Shown here one piece after another: positions 12,701 through 24,000 of a DNA stretch of 64,000 nt. The stretch comes from Gekko japonicus. Its lineage: Eukaryota. Made by a program: the position numbers and the translations under genes. Every line of letters starts with the position of its first letter. Position 1 is the first letter of the stretch. The notes below the pieces were generated by a model. It saw only the letters and a program-made list of their open reading frames with translations. It did not search any database and was not told where the DNA came from. The stretch spans positions 32,407 to 96,406 of the forward strand of contig NW_015162547.1 in assembly GCF_001447785.1 (NCBI RefSeq), given 5' to 3'.

Positions 12701-15700
12701 CCTTCGGACCTCCCCCCACTGGGCCTTCAAAGCATGTATCCACCCCCCCCGTCAGAGGCTTCAGAATCTCGGCAAGCCCGTCTTTCCCTCGAGCACTCGA
12801 GGCACCCCCACAACCAGCACTCCAGCAGAACCCGCCTCGGCTGATGCCAGGAGCTGCCGTTACTGTGCCATGACAAAGATTCTCAAGACCACAAACACTT
12901 CTTTTGGGGAAGGACAAACGCTCCTGTACGGGAACGAATCTCAGAGGAAAAGGCCCAGAGCCCTCCACTAACAACAGCCTCACCAGGGTGACGCCTCCCA
13001 ACCCCCTGCCTCCCAGCACAGCCACTTGTGCCCAAACGAAGCCAAGCCCACCAGCACACGGTGGAAGAGAGAGAAGCTCCCACCTGTGAGACTTTGCTGT
13101 CCCTTTCCCTGATTTTGTCCTTCACGAGCTTTATTAAGGATGTGATGTTGTAGAATTCAGCTTCTTCCAGAACCCCTAGAAATACAAGCAGAAGGCACAA
13201 GAGAGACTGTAATGAGTAACTCTGCCTTCCACCCCCCAGATGCCGCCCTCGGTCCTCCGTCTAAAGAGGTGGCCTGGGGTCAGGCCAGTTGGCAGAGTGT
13301 GTGCCAGATCAGGTCAGTGGCCTGTGTAATCCAGCACCGCCTGCTCTGACTGGAACTGAACCTGGAACCAGCGGCCAGCCCCACCAGTCCCACACACAGC
13401 AAAAGCCAAGGTCCCCTGGTGACCATCTGCAAGCTTTTTGGATGGCTGCAATAACAGCACAGCAACTCTATAGAGTGAAGACTTGGTTGGTAAGGAATCG
13501 CTCATGGCCAGGGAACTCAGACCTGGAGGTCCTCGTCATACGTTGCAGAGTAATACCAGCCCAGGCAGTCGTGGGATTGTTCTGCAGCAGATGGGGGAAA
13601 CTCATGACCTCCACAATATCAGCGGAGCGCAGAACTTGGCTGACAGTGGTATGAAACATTAGACCAATTGCTCTGCACGGTAGAAGACAACAGAAAGTAC
13701 CTTCCTCGGCAAGGTCTTTGTTGATTACCAGCTTCCCGTGTCGGAGATAGTTCAACACTGGTCCAAAGTAGGTTGGATCCCGGTCTATCAAATAGGCACC
13801 TGTTTCGTCCTGTGAACGAGATCGGAAATCAGAGCGAGGGACTCTTTGCCCCTCCCTCTCTTCCCAGCAGCATTCCAGGGCTAAGTGGCCGCCAGCAAGG
13901 ACTTCCTCCATCCCAAGACGTTCTGACAGGGCAGCGGCTGCCACAAGAACCACAGTGAACATGAGGAAGTGTGGCTTTGGTTTAAGCATCTAATCAAGGG
14001 ACTAAAGAGCTCCTTGGCCACGGTCCCGTCTCTAGCTGAGCTCCTCATGTGGGTGAGGCAAGCAGATTATGATAGCCCCTGGCCTCCGGTGGGGGATTAC
14101 CCTGCGGAGCTCAGCCTTGGCCACTCAGGACAGTCTTATTCAGTCAAGGAGGAATCTTCTGGAGGATAAATCTGGTATTGCACTCAAATAAAATAAAATA
14201 CTCTTTGACCAAAAGAGGTGAGCAACAGAGAGCCTACCCCCCACTACAGGCCTTAGTAACAGTCAGACCTTGTAGACCCTATATGGAGCCTCCAGGACTG
14301 GCATCAGTTTCACTCAAAACACAGGGTTCATTTCCTCATCTACAGACCCCACCTTAAGAAACAAGGAATGTGGAGTGCATGAGACAGAAACCAAGATCTG
14401 AGGCACAGACCCTTGTGATTCTCACCAGTCGCAGTGAGCATCCCTGACAGTTACTGGCGTGACAAAATATATGGTTCTGCTATCCCTTGTCGCAGAGCTA
14501 CCACTCTGAAGCATAGATCCTCATTGTTTTTACACAAAACCCACCAACGCTGATGTGCCATAATATGTGCCAGGGACTAGAATATAAAAACCATGGATTG
14601 AGCGCCTCAGGGCATCACTGGGCAAGAAATCAAGAACCAAGATGTGGAGTCGAGATCCAAGATATGGATGTCCATGGTGCCTTATGATTTTGACCAGCAG
14701 ATGCTCAACAAGTAATGAACACAAATGTGCTTAATTATGCAGGAATGGCACATGCCCCCTGATCAAAAGGTTAAACCTCTTCACCGCAGCTAGAATTGTG
14801 CTTGCAAGATTCTGGAAAACTCAACCTTTGCCTAACAGGCGAAGGTGAGTTTTAAGAAGTTGGGACACAGTGACAATGGTAAAGATGATGGATAACAACC
14901 CACAAAATACATAAGGCGACATCTTCCCCTCTTCCCAAACATTGTAAACACCACCCAATTGTTCTTAACCCTGAAAACCTTTCTGGGGGGCCCTCTGATG
15001 ATGCGTTAATGTAGTTAGAAGAAGAAGAGATCAGATTCATACCCCATGGCCCTTCACTACCTGAAGGAGTCCCAGAGTGGCTTACAAACTCCTTTCCCTT
15101 CCCCTCCCCACCACAGGCACCCTGGAAGGCAGGTGGGGCTGAGAGAGCTCTGACAGAAACTGCTCTTTTTTCAAGGACAGCTCTTATCAGAACTAGGGCT
15201 TGCCCAAGGTCATCCAGCCAGTCTGGCAAGTGGAGGAGTGGGGAATAAAACCTGGTTCTCCCAGATCAGAGTCCGCGCACTTCACCACGACACCAAACTG
15301 GCTCTCTAGTTAGTGATGCAGTATTCCACAAAGGGTGGAAAAGTTGTCCCACTGAAGGAGATTTTAACTTTTTCCCATTTGGGGGCTGTGTGGCCAACTC
15401 GGTTGCTGTTAAGTAGGCTCAGAAAGAGTTCTAAATCTGCAAAGGCAGATCGCCCAACAGATGAACTCTTCGAACCAGGGCTAGACCTGACAGCCCAGCC
15501 TTTTCGCCAGCAAACTGAACTACCAGTTCCCAAAACGGGTCGCATTCTTAAGCACATCCACTAAATATTGGGGGGGGGGAGAATCCACTTTCCAACAGCG
15601 GCCCCTCCTCCCCCTCCCCGCGTCCCTAGATGCAGCGCGGGGGTGGGGGGCTGCACGGAGGGGAGCAACGCTTCGGCGCGGCTCTCAACGCGCACAGGGC

Positions 15701-16116
15701 AAAAACTAGGGAGGATCACAACAAGAGGCCGGGCAGGCTGAGACTTGCCCTCCCAGGCCGCCGCCGCCGCCGCCGCCACGCCCGCCCCACAGGCCAAGCG
15801 CCACCTGCGCCAACCGCCACCTGCCCGAAGGAGCCGCCCCCCCGCCGACCTTGTCGGAGTCGAGGTCCGGGTCGGCCTGGCAGAGGCGGAAGAGGAAGCT
15901 CTTGGGGTCCCTGCAGAGGGTCTGCCGGGTGGTCAGGAAGCAGGTGCCGCCCACGTTCAGCCGCACCCACTTGCCGCCGCCGACGACGACCCCCGCCCCC
16001 CCGCACCGGCGGCACGAGGAGGAGGAGGAGGACGACGGGGAGGAGGAGGAGGACGCCGGACCCCCCGCCGGCAGCACCAGCAGCAGCTGCTGCTCGCAGG
16101 CGCCCTCCGCCGCCAT
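3709..16116 (-). CDS. KCTD5: KCTD5, BTB/POZ Cullin-3 adaptor (6 coding exons, ~239 aa)
   Basis: Exons 15850-16116, 13701-13809, 13084-13175, 12537-12632, 8496-8621, 3709-3738. All GT-AG and phase-consistent. Translation contains [52 protein letters not shown] and ends [13 protein letters not shown]. Next to PDPK1, as in human. Confidence 0.95.
4527..4725 (+). mobile_element. Old MIR/Squam2-like SINE
   Basis: ctgggtgaccttgggccagtc...tacctcacaggg..gttgttgtga; related copies near 8800-8950 and 53615-53800. Confidence 0.55.
5335..5521 (+). mobile_element. tRNA-derived SINE (Squam3-like)
   Basis: A-box ggctcagtggcagagc, B-box-like aaggtcccaggtttggtcccc; related copy at 9115-9282 + 11951-11973 is split by the LINE. 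Confidence 0.62.
6589..6648 (-). CDS. KCTD5: Candidate KCTD5 alternative exon ([14 protein letters not shown])
   Basis: Long polypyrimidine tract + cag acceptor, phase 0 matching exon 5, TAA at 6606-6604, donor CTG|gtgagc. Confidence 0.55.
8496..8621 (-). CDS. KCTD5: KCTD5 exon 5
   Basis: cag|[42 protein letters not shown]|gtgag, 126 nt. Confidence 0.95.
9283..11937 (+). mobile_element. 5'-truncated non-LTR retrotransposon (RTEX-like LINE) with uninterrupted RT reading frame
   Basis: Open frame from the 5' junction to 11701 with RT motifs ([43 protein letters not shown]) and C-terminal RLCLC..IE..EHVLLRC. AATAAA + ATTCAC tail. Perfect 13-bp TSD GACCCAGGGCCGC (9270-9282, 11938-11950). Clade assignment is inference. 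Confidence 0.9.
9437..11701 (+). CDS. LINE ORF2 fragment (reverse transcriptase + C-terminal Cys/His domain; endonuclease missing)
   Basis: 754-aa ORF with YADD catalytic motif. Confidence 0.85.
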   Translation: MEAKRVLTQAYANYIGRYDTRELSAYLALLEKKRFYKNLIKRKKKDYAREAWRALIQAAKEKNSALFWRLVSIRRQNSTSIRETYIPPETWISHFQNLYHDTPSPCSVSAVFSDLPSWPQVSSEEITALIGQLKRGKAPGLDGIPPEFLKENINWWAPFLAHLFTYIDRTGRVPSDWGEAVVVPFYKKGNQKDPANYRPISLLSVISKLYAKHLLEKLTLWLEQEDIIIQEQAGFRQGRSTMDHCLLLQHLIEKYSGKGPTSLYAAFIDLKAAFDSVSRSMLWSKLEASSIDRRLLALIRALHEHTSLRVRYSRLGHLTDRIPTLKGVRQGCMLAPALFNFYLNDVVGYLDDADLHPPKLAQRSITILLYADDAVILSRTPIGMRRAIKKFACYCNEQELDINYTKTKVMAFGKRPKLRKWRVNGQNLEQVASFRYLGMIIQASGSRTAHSQAAACSGEKSSHGILKFFSSQGGYFVPPALKLYKAKTLAQMLYGTLLGAPPSSYAPLELVQSKFLRAVLQVPRCVSNAMVRLETGMLKVEAMIALYSIFYWLKINLNPCGLVPLILSDAFESNWLISVKRKISLLGYSPLALLEMGRDRAKLEIRQRIKDTERQLDLQVSPTFIAPIRIKYIVAQAPYLNVLESRKLRRAYTLARCSALPSAVLEGKFKKIPRTERLCLCALGEIESQEHVLLRCPVFEEARTKLINPLLAGTSDQDKVENLFLNLEHTALYQIAKFCSLVVEAHQHDGWHSG
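12537..12632 (-). CDS. KCTD5: KCTD5 exon 4
   Basis: cag|[32 protein letters not shown]|gtaag, 96 nt. Confidence 0.95.
13084..13175 (-). CDS. KCTD5: KCTD5 exon 3
   Basis: tag|[31 protein letters not shown]|gtggg, 92 nt. Confidence 0.95.
13701..13809 (-). CDS. KCTD5: KCTD5 exon 2
   Basis: cag|[37 protein letters not shown]|gtac, 109 nt. Confidence 0.95.
15017..15305 (-). mobile_element. tRNA-derived SINE
   Basis: (GAA)n tail; shared body with 16990-17200, 25405-25645 and 59092-59372; reverse-complement head ccagtttggtgtcgtggtgaagtgcgcggac. Confidence 0.78.
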
Positions 16117-16960
16117 CCTGGCCGCCCGCCGGAAGAGTCCCGCCGCGAAAAGCCTCCCTTCCGGCGGATCCCCCCCGCAGCGGTGCGCCAAGAAAAGGGC
16201 TCCGACCGACAGGGAGGGAGGAAGGGGAAGGAACGACGGGCCGACTTGGAGGCGGAGACAGCGGAGGAGGGGGGCGAAAGACGTCCGGGCCGCACTGGAC
16301 AGGGGCGAGGAGTCCGTCCCCGACCCCGCAAAGCGACAGGAGCTGCCTCGGCCCCGCCTCCTCGGAGCTTTGGTTGCCCCGCACGGTCACTTGGGAACCG
16401 GAAGTGTCGCGCTGCCGACAGCGGCCGTCCCCCCCCCCACCCAAAGGACTGCTCTTCCGCCGGCCGTTCCCGCCCTGCAGCCTTTCCCGCGCGGCCCCGT
16501 GTTCGGAGGCGTCACGTCCAGCGGAGGCTTCCTGGCCCCCCGGCCTGTGGTCTTTCTGCCGCAGCCGGCGATGTTCATCCGAGTCTCGTTGGCTGGTTTG
16601 GGGTCCCCCCCCTCCCCGGCGACCGGAAGTGTCACAACCAATGATTTCCCCCCGTGCTTCATTGACCGGAAGTGTCTCGCGGAATCGTCGCCGCGGTTCG
16701 GTGGCCTTCCCCGGGGCCTCGTGTCACAGCCAGTGAGGCCCCCTTCGGTCCACATTCACAGGAGGTGCTGCGCGCAACACCTGCACCCGCTCAGCAGCCC
16801 GTCCCCGCCCTATGACGGGTGTGTCACTGGCCAGGAAGTCCCCCTTCTTTATGCCGTTCCGTAGTTCCCGCTCTGTAGTCTTTTTGCTCCCCCCCCCATG
16901 ACCGGAAGTGTCAAAGGGAACGAAGGCATCCTTTCCTTAGGGGGGAGGAAGTGACCCAGT
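15600..16960 (-). promoter_or_regulatory. KCTD5 CpG-island promoter with ETS/GABPA and ACTACA (ZNF143-type) motifs
   Basis: Dense CpG; ACCGGAAGTGTC at 16397, 16622, 16665, 16901; GACTACA...GAACTAC on minus at 16880-16860. Confidence 0.8.
15850..16116 (-). CDS. KCTD5: KCTD5 coding exon 1
   Basis: ATG at 16116-16114; MAAEGACEQ...[41 protein letters not shown], donor gtcgg. Confidence 0.93.
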
Positions 16961-16989
16961 CAAAACCGCTCCCCCCCCCCGTTTGATTC

Positions 16990-17200
16990 CCCATATGCAG
17001 CCAGCTGGGTGACCTTGGGCCAGCCACAGTTCTCTCAGAGCTGTTTTCTCAAGAGCAGTTTCTGTCAGAGCTCTCTCAGCCCCACCTCCCTCACAGGGTG
17101 TCTGTTGTGGGGAGAAGAAGGGAAGGAGACTGTAAGCCACTCTAAGACTCCTTCGGGTAGTGAAGGGCGGGGTATAAATCCAATTTCCTCCTCCTCCTTC
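16990..17200 (+). mobile_element. tRNA-derived SINE, 5'-truncated
   Basis: Same family as 15017-15305, opposite orientation. Confidence 0.72.
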
Positions 17201-18832
17201 TCCCCTGGCGTTCTGTAATCTTTTATGGTCCAGAGTATCATAGGCAGAAAAGGTCCACCGTCTTCCATGCTTCGGTTGCTCCAGCAGTGTCTTCCTGCTT
17301 CATATTAGTGAGCTACTCTTCGCTACAAGTGTGTTCTACATTATTCCCTCCCTGCCCTGACTGTCACATACCCCCACAGGAAAGAAGTCTGGGCCTTGAG
17401 TGGCTCTGAAATATGTCAGCAAAGCAGCCCTCTCACACCTGAGTAATCCACACTGCAGATCCCATCTCGATCTGCAGGTGAGGAAGGATGTCCATGCTTT
17501 CCCTGCAATGTCCTACAGCATCATTATCTCACTGCGGCAGGGATTTGATCAGAACAGTCTTTTAGTGTTGGAGAAGCGGATTTGTTCACAATTCTGCAGT
17601 GTAGTCCAGTGTGACTCCCATCATGCAGTGGAGGAGCTCTCCCATGGAACCCAGGCATTTGCGGGCAGATCCTAGCCCTTTGCAAATTTAGTAGGATCCA
17701 GACATTAACTGTTCATTTCTCTGGCCAGTGTCTTCTTGCTAATATAGAAATGCTCTCAGCTCAAGTCAGCAACTGGGGCAGAAGAGCCCATGGAAGAGAA
17801 AGGTGACTCCACCCAAGCCAACAGTCCTTCTCTCTGCCCACCTACGACCCAGCCCCTGGCCAAGACAGCCCCTGTATCCTCACTGGGTGCACTCACCTAT
17901 CTCCATTGGATTTTAAGCACCAATTACTACCAGCAAACAGCACAATCCGCTGTGAAGTTCAACCACTGGGAGGGAAGTCCAACTGATGATTGTGGTTCAG
18001 TGCTTCAGTGTTCTAGTTCTAAGAAATAAAGGCTGATGCCCAAACAAGTGTATAAAGATACACACATTGGCATCAGACGTTTCATTTAATTGTCTCTGAA
18101 ACCCAGCACACATCTGGGCTGGCTTCAAAAGACACCAACGTGCCATTGCCAAGACAAGTCTGCAAAGCGAGGCCCCGCATCTCTGCGTGAAAGCAAAATG
18201 GATGGAAAGGCTGGCTGGGGTCAAGGACCCAAACAGGCTCCTCTTCGAGGACAGCAATCCTGGGTTGTACACCAAACACGAAGTAGAACAGGAGAGGAAC
18301 AAGAAACCCTTCTTCCCTCTCTTCAGAAGCTCCAGAGATTGTTTTCATCTTCCTGTGTAAGCAGTTCTTAAGAAAACTCATCTCTAGCCCATGAAGCCCA
18401 AGAGAAAACAGGATCCCCTTGCACCCACCACCTACGTACGGGCCACCTGAAAACCTTTCTGCTGCCCTTCCTATAGGGGCCAAACCATCGTCCTTCGGAG
18501 GGAGGCTCGTATGCACAGCCATCCCCACCTGACATGTGCCAAACTCGACTCCGATGGGCAAGGAGTCATGGTCACTTTTCAGAGCAGGGTACCCCCCAGC
18601 ATCTGTCCCAGCCCTCCCAGCTCACAGGCGAAACTGAGCACAACCATTTGTCTTTACAGGGAGAGCTTCCACTCAGGGCTGGAAGCATGTTCTTAACAGG
18701 GCATGGCAGAGAGCACACCCCTGGCCTAGTCTCGTATGGGAGATGCCCAACGGCCCAGCAACCCAACAGCCCAGCTGGAACACAGGCCAGGGGATTGTGC
18801 GGAGGAAGCCAGAGGGTGTTTGGACACAGAAC

Positions 18833-19412
18833 CAGTGTTCCCCCTCCTCTAGGTTGAGTTTAGTGTGAGCTGGCTCACAGTTTTTCAGCCTCTGGGGCTC
18901 ACACATTTTCGTCTTAGCTCAGGAAGGGAGGGCTCCTAATGCAGTAGCCAAATCGCTCACTCACAGCTTTAATGCCAGTAAGGTAAAGGTAAAGGTTCCC
19001 TTGCTCGAAAGCCAGTCGAATCCGACTCTAGGGTTGTGGTGCTCATCTCCGTTTCAAAGCCGAAGAGCCAGCGCTGTCCGAAGACATTTCCGTGGTCATG
19101 TGGCCAGCATGACTAAACACCAAGGCGCACGGAACGCTGTTGCCTTTCCACCAAAGTGGTACCTATTTGTCTACTTGCAATTTCTTGCTTTCAAACTGCT
19201 AGGTTGGCAGGAGCTGGAACTTGAGATGGGAGCTCACTTCGTAATGCGGCACACTCGGGTCTTGAACTGCTGAACTACCGAACTTCCACAGACTGTAGTT
19301 CAGCGTCTTAACCATTTGAGCCACCGCAGCTCCTCTTAATGCCAGTAGTAGCTCACAAAAGAGCATTTTTGCTCACAAGACTCTCCACAGCTGCTTAGAG
19401 GGAGTTCCATTG
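18833..19412. mobile_element. hAT-type MITE interrupted by a Sauria SINE
   Basis: CAGTGTTCCC...GAGGGAGTTCCATTG ends, perfect 8-bp TSD CACAGAAC (18825-18832, 19413-19420). Confidence 0.82.
18981..19335 (-). mobile_element. Sauria (Squam1-type) SINE, near full length
   Basis: (ACCTTT)n tail, GTCATGTGGCCAGCATGAC core, tRNA-like head; 12-bp TSD TTAATGCCAGTA (18969-18980, 19336-19347). Confidence 0.85.
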
Positions 19413-19665
19413 CACAGAACTACCAATTAGCTCCAGAAGAAATGCTGCACCACACTTAGCCTCTCCTGCTCGTCTTCTTTCCTTCTGGCGGTNNNNNNNN
19501 NNNNNNNNNNNNNNNCAGAGGCACTCTGGTGTTCTGCATTCTCAGCCAAAGCATGCTGGTCTAAGCCGGGAGTCAACCATTGGCACTCACATACACGCAG
19601 GAAGGGACGCCTGAACTACAGAAAACAAGATCTTTGCTCTTACAAGAGATGTTTGACCATAACAG

Positions 19666-19671
19666 TTTAAT
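19666..19671 (-). terminator. Candidate PDPK1 poly(A) signal ATTAAA
   Basis: End of an AU-rich 3'UTR-like block with U/GU-rich downstream sequence. Confidence 0.4.
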
Positions 19672-20915
19672 TGGAAAAGGACGAAAGAACGATATGAAAC
19701 ATTTGATAGATATGACTCAAGTACCATAAGTTTGTCCCTCCTTGGTATCAACATTTTTACAGGAACACAACAATTAGTCCGATTAGTGGAGGGGCTTAAA
19801 TATATTTAAATCATGTAAAATATTTTCAAAGTCGCTAAAAGATCAGATGCTTGGCCAATAAACCAGACAGGAATATTTGTACACCTCATTATACAAAGAG
19901 ACACCCAGTCAAGTCATCAGTTGTACAAGAGCCTCTCAGTTGCTCGGGCTTCTCACACACACACCCCGCGCACGCACACACATCACAGCCCCCTCTCGGC
20001 AATGCTATGTCCACGCCGCACCCTGCAAAGAAACGGGCCCGCTCTCCTCTTCCAAACAGGTGAACAGTCTATTAACGACATCAAGAAAGTCTTGTACGAA
20101 CTAGTTAACCTCGTAGTTAGTATTAGTTAAAAGCATGCTGGTAACTTTAGCGCTCCTTAGTTAAACATGTAAATGCATCAAATTAAAACTCCATTTCAAA
20201 ATTTTATGAAACCAGAGTGCCAACATTGCAAACATCTTAAGTGCTGTGTTCAACAATTCCCTCTCCTCCTTCCACCTGTGCCGGAGTGTGCCTGCAAAAT
20301 GTGCAACAACTCACAAGGGAGTACCATCCACGGAGAATCCTGAAATCCAAACGCGGCCAGAGAGTTCCATGAGGGCAAGCCCACTGCCCTTGCAAGTGCT
20401 GGAGAACAAGAAGCCAACAACAACAACAACAACAAAAACCCCAAGGGGGGAGGGTGGCGGTGGCGGCGGCGGCATCGCGGGGGGGNNNNNNNNNNNNNGG
20501 GGGGGCCTCCCACGGACAGGGCCCTCCAAGCTCCCTGATGAAAGACGGTCACACAGTCATCTTCCAGCCCCGACGGGACCTGGGCTGCGCCCGCAGATTA
20601 GATGAGACGTGCTTCGCTTAACTGACCAACAGCGCAGCCAGCTATGCCAAGACCCCTCCTTGGCAGCAGAAGCGGAGCTGAAGGGCACGGGGGGGGGGGG
20701 GGCCGGTCACTCACTGCAGCGGAGTATGTGGGAGCCTCAGAAGATGATGCAGAAAAGCAAGCAAAGCCACCCTGAATCCCATGGGCTGGTTTCTCCGTAG
20801 GGAGGAAATAAGTCTGGGCCACTGGCTTCCCCTGGACACAGGGCCGAGAGGGTCCGCTGGCCGTGGCACGTGGTGCTCTAGCAGCAAGGAGGGAGACGGG
20901 CGCCGGAGAGCAGCT

Positions 20916-21023
20916 TCATTTCGCAGCATTCTGGTGGTATCTGTGTCGCCAGACCTCGTGGATCTTTTTACACCACTTATGCGCGTTCCCACTTGGGTCC
21001 ATCAGGTAATACGTCCTGTTAGG
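20916..21023 (-). CDS. PDPK1: PDPK1 last coding exon
   Basis: tag|[35 protein letters not shown](TGA). Confidence 0.95.
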   Translation of the reverse strand, partial: PNRTYYLMDPSGNAHKWCKKIHEVWRHRYHQNAAK

Positions 21024-24000
21024 CTAGAAGGAAACAACAGTTCAGCACCTGTTCGTTTCAGCAGCAGCCAGAATCGGAGGCCGGCTCTGAGGACAACGCA
21101 GCAGGCAAACTTGGACTGCTCATCCCCACTCCACTCCCCGCCTCCCAAGGATGAACGTGGGCGTGGTCCCTGCACAACAAAACTGGGGCAAATCACTCTG
21201 TGCTGGAGCAGCACAAGCCCCCTCCAGAGGCCCCACACGGCTGCTGCTGGACAGCCATGCCAAGGAGGAGACTTCCCCCCCCCATGGCCCCCCAATTCCT
21301 CCCTACTCCTCGGCTTCTGAGAGAGCTCTCTGAAATGGGAAGAGCCTCCTCCCCTCCTTCACGGTCCCTGCTAACGGTTTATACGTGGCAACTAGCTCGA
21401 GGCACGCCTCACTCACTGTGTGAACAAAAAAGGTCTTAAAGTTCTTGGCTTCTGGCCGCAGCTCGAGTGACCACGGAATCTCCCCTTTCAGGACTTTGTT
21501 GACGGGGTCTACGTAGTACAGGTGGGGCCCTTCGGTCAGGAGCAGCTGTCGCCGGCGAGCAAACAGGCCCTGGGAGGGGGGGAGTGGGAGGGAGGGAGAG
21601 AAAATCAGCCACTCCCATTCGACAATGTGTACCCCCCCGCACCTGCCCCCACTTGGGACCCTCCACGCTAGTCACGCTCCTCCTCACAAGAGCTTCCCAG
21701 CAGTCCTCCTGCTCCTGCCATTCGTACGAGAGAGAAGCAAAGCAGCCGCTCAGCCCCCAATGACTGAAGGAGATCTTCACATCTGGAGGGGTGTCAGGGG
21801 GGCCCTCTCAGGACAGAGCCATCAGGGCAGCAGTCCCCTTTCAGAGGCAGTGGGGGGCTTAGAAAAGCTGCTGTGTTACTAAAGGTGCTGCAGGGGAGGC
21901 ATGGCCCCCCCCCCCCCCCCCCCCCCCGCCGCCAGCAGTTGCTCCCTCTGCCGGGGTGTGCACGTCACGTCGCAGACACAACAGACCCTTGCAGCATTCA
22001 AAGGAGACAGAGACATTCTCATGACCTCACAAGTTTCCCCGGGGCCACACAGCCCTAATGGGTCAGACAAATATGCAGTGGTTCCCTACGGTGGTCCGTG
22101 CACGTCTTTGTGTGCAGAGGCCTGATGTACCCACCCACCCCCACCCCCCAAACCGTCTCACTTGACCACTTCGTATACCTAACCGAGTGGGCTGTGGCCC
22201 GAAAGAACTTCAGCGCGGGGAGAGAGAAGAGATGAGTTTTCACAAAACAAAGCCAAGGATTGTGGACAAAGGATGAGACGGCCAAAAGGCAGGCCTCATC
22301 CCTATGCAGAGGACAAAGGGATTCAAAGCGCTGCACTGCAGGGACGCCCGGTCTCTGCAGAGCCCTGACCAGGGTGGAGGGTCCAAAAGGCGGTCCCCGG
22401 CAGGCTTGCGGTTATCCCCTGGCCCGGGGCTCCTCAAGGGTCCATTTCCCCCCCCAGCACACACTGGGAAGGGGCCATCTGGAGCGTGATGCCCCCACTA
22501 CCCGGTCTGGAGCGTGATGCCCCCCCCCCCACCATCTACAAGTCTGTTCTAGCCATGGGGACTAAAGGGAACCTCCACACCCAGCGGCAGTCAGCCTCTG
22601 AATCCCAGTGCCAGAAGGCAGCCTCAGGGGAGAAAGTGTGCCCTGTTTTATTTGGTCCCTGACTGTGTGAGACGGGATGCTGGACTGGGGGACCCTCTCA
22701 CTGGTCTGGTCCAACGGGGGACCTTCCTATAGGTTCTTACGCAGTGGCACAGAGTTTATCCAGGCAGAGTTTAAGAGATTTTTTAGCCCATCTTTCGTCT
22801 CAAGGTGGGTCTGAGAATCATGGTAGCCTGGGGGACTCGGCGGATCACTTGGGAAAAGTTCTGTTGGTCCTGCTTCCTGCTCTTCCTCTGGCTGCACTGG
22901 ATAAACTGCACATGTGCGTGCACGTTATGCGATATGAATGTGGTGCACGGCCCTTTGAAAAATGTTATTTGAAAAGCGAGGCAGCCAGCAGAGAGGGACA
23001 CTGAAGAGCACCCAGCCACCCGCTCTGTGGCCAAGGCCCCCAAAGATCTGGACCACTCAGAACCCTGCGCAAGAGCTGCCGTGGCACTCTCTGGACGGGT
23101 AGACTCACAGCCCTTCGGCAACATAGCCCCTTTCCGGGGGGGGGGGGAACTCTCTCATTCCAGATCTGGGAGTCAACAAAACACTTAAAGGTGTTTTTGG
23201 CTCAGAGAATTCAGAGCACGTTTCCTATTACCATTCCATTCTCGTTCCTGACCCCTTAGAAGAAGTTTGACGTTATCATATCACTGCCCAAAGAGCTGAC
23301 AGCGCTGCCTCTCTCCACCCAAGCCAGACTCCAAGCACAGGGGAAAGGGACTCACCTTCCTCTTGTCCACTGGCCCCATCTTCAGGATTAGATTATTCTC
23401 TACGAATTGGTGCCTGGAGAGACAAAACAGGGCCTCAACTCATTTCCAGCCACCACCATTTCCACGCCACGCCCAGCCTGCAGGATATGCAACAACTCCT
23501 CGTAGGGGGGGGGTGAACACTGGAAGCAGCTGGACCACCTCTGCCTACCAAGCCGGGCAACTGCCCTCCGGAGCCCGGCCCTGCTGCTGCTCCGGAACCT
23601 CCTAAGTGCAACTGCAGCTCCCACAAGCATAGGATGTGCTCTACCTGCCCCACCCCCCACCAAGGCCACATTCCCACCCTCCGGACGCAACGATTAGGGC
23701 CAACAGCGGAGAAACAGATACATTCCCCTCCCCCCCCCCTTCCGGGGCCAGGCCTCCTGGATCAGACCCCCAAGCACCCATCCAGCCCACGAGGCTCAGC
23801 CAGCGTGGCACGCAGCCACGGAAGCAGCCTTGATGCCAAGTCGTGGCAGGCTCTTTCCCAGGGTGACCGGCCGACAGCTCTTCCTGGGCCAGGCCTCCTT
23901 CCAGCTGCGCAGGCCGGCCGGCCAGCCACCACCCTGGGGCAAAGACACCCCCCCTCCGGGGCCCTGACGCGCAGCATGAGTGAGTAATCGCTGCTGCTTG

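Noticed and set aside
15630-16864. Several long overlapping ORFs (240-370 aa) around KCTD5 exon 1
   Set aside because: GC-rich CpG-island shadow ORFs with low-complexity Pro/Arg/Gly translations; only the BTB frame is supported.
22845-22900. In-frame 48-nt PDPK1 cassette ([16 protein letters not shown])
   Set aside because: Weak donor (gtgatc) and poor pyrimidine tract.
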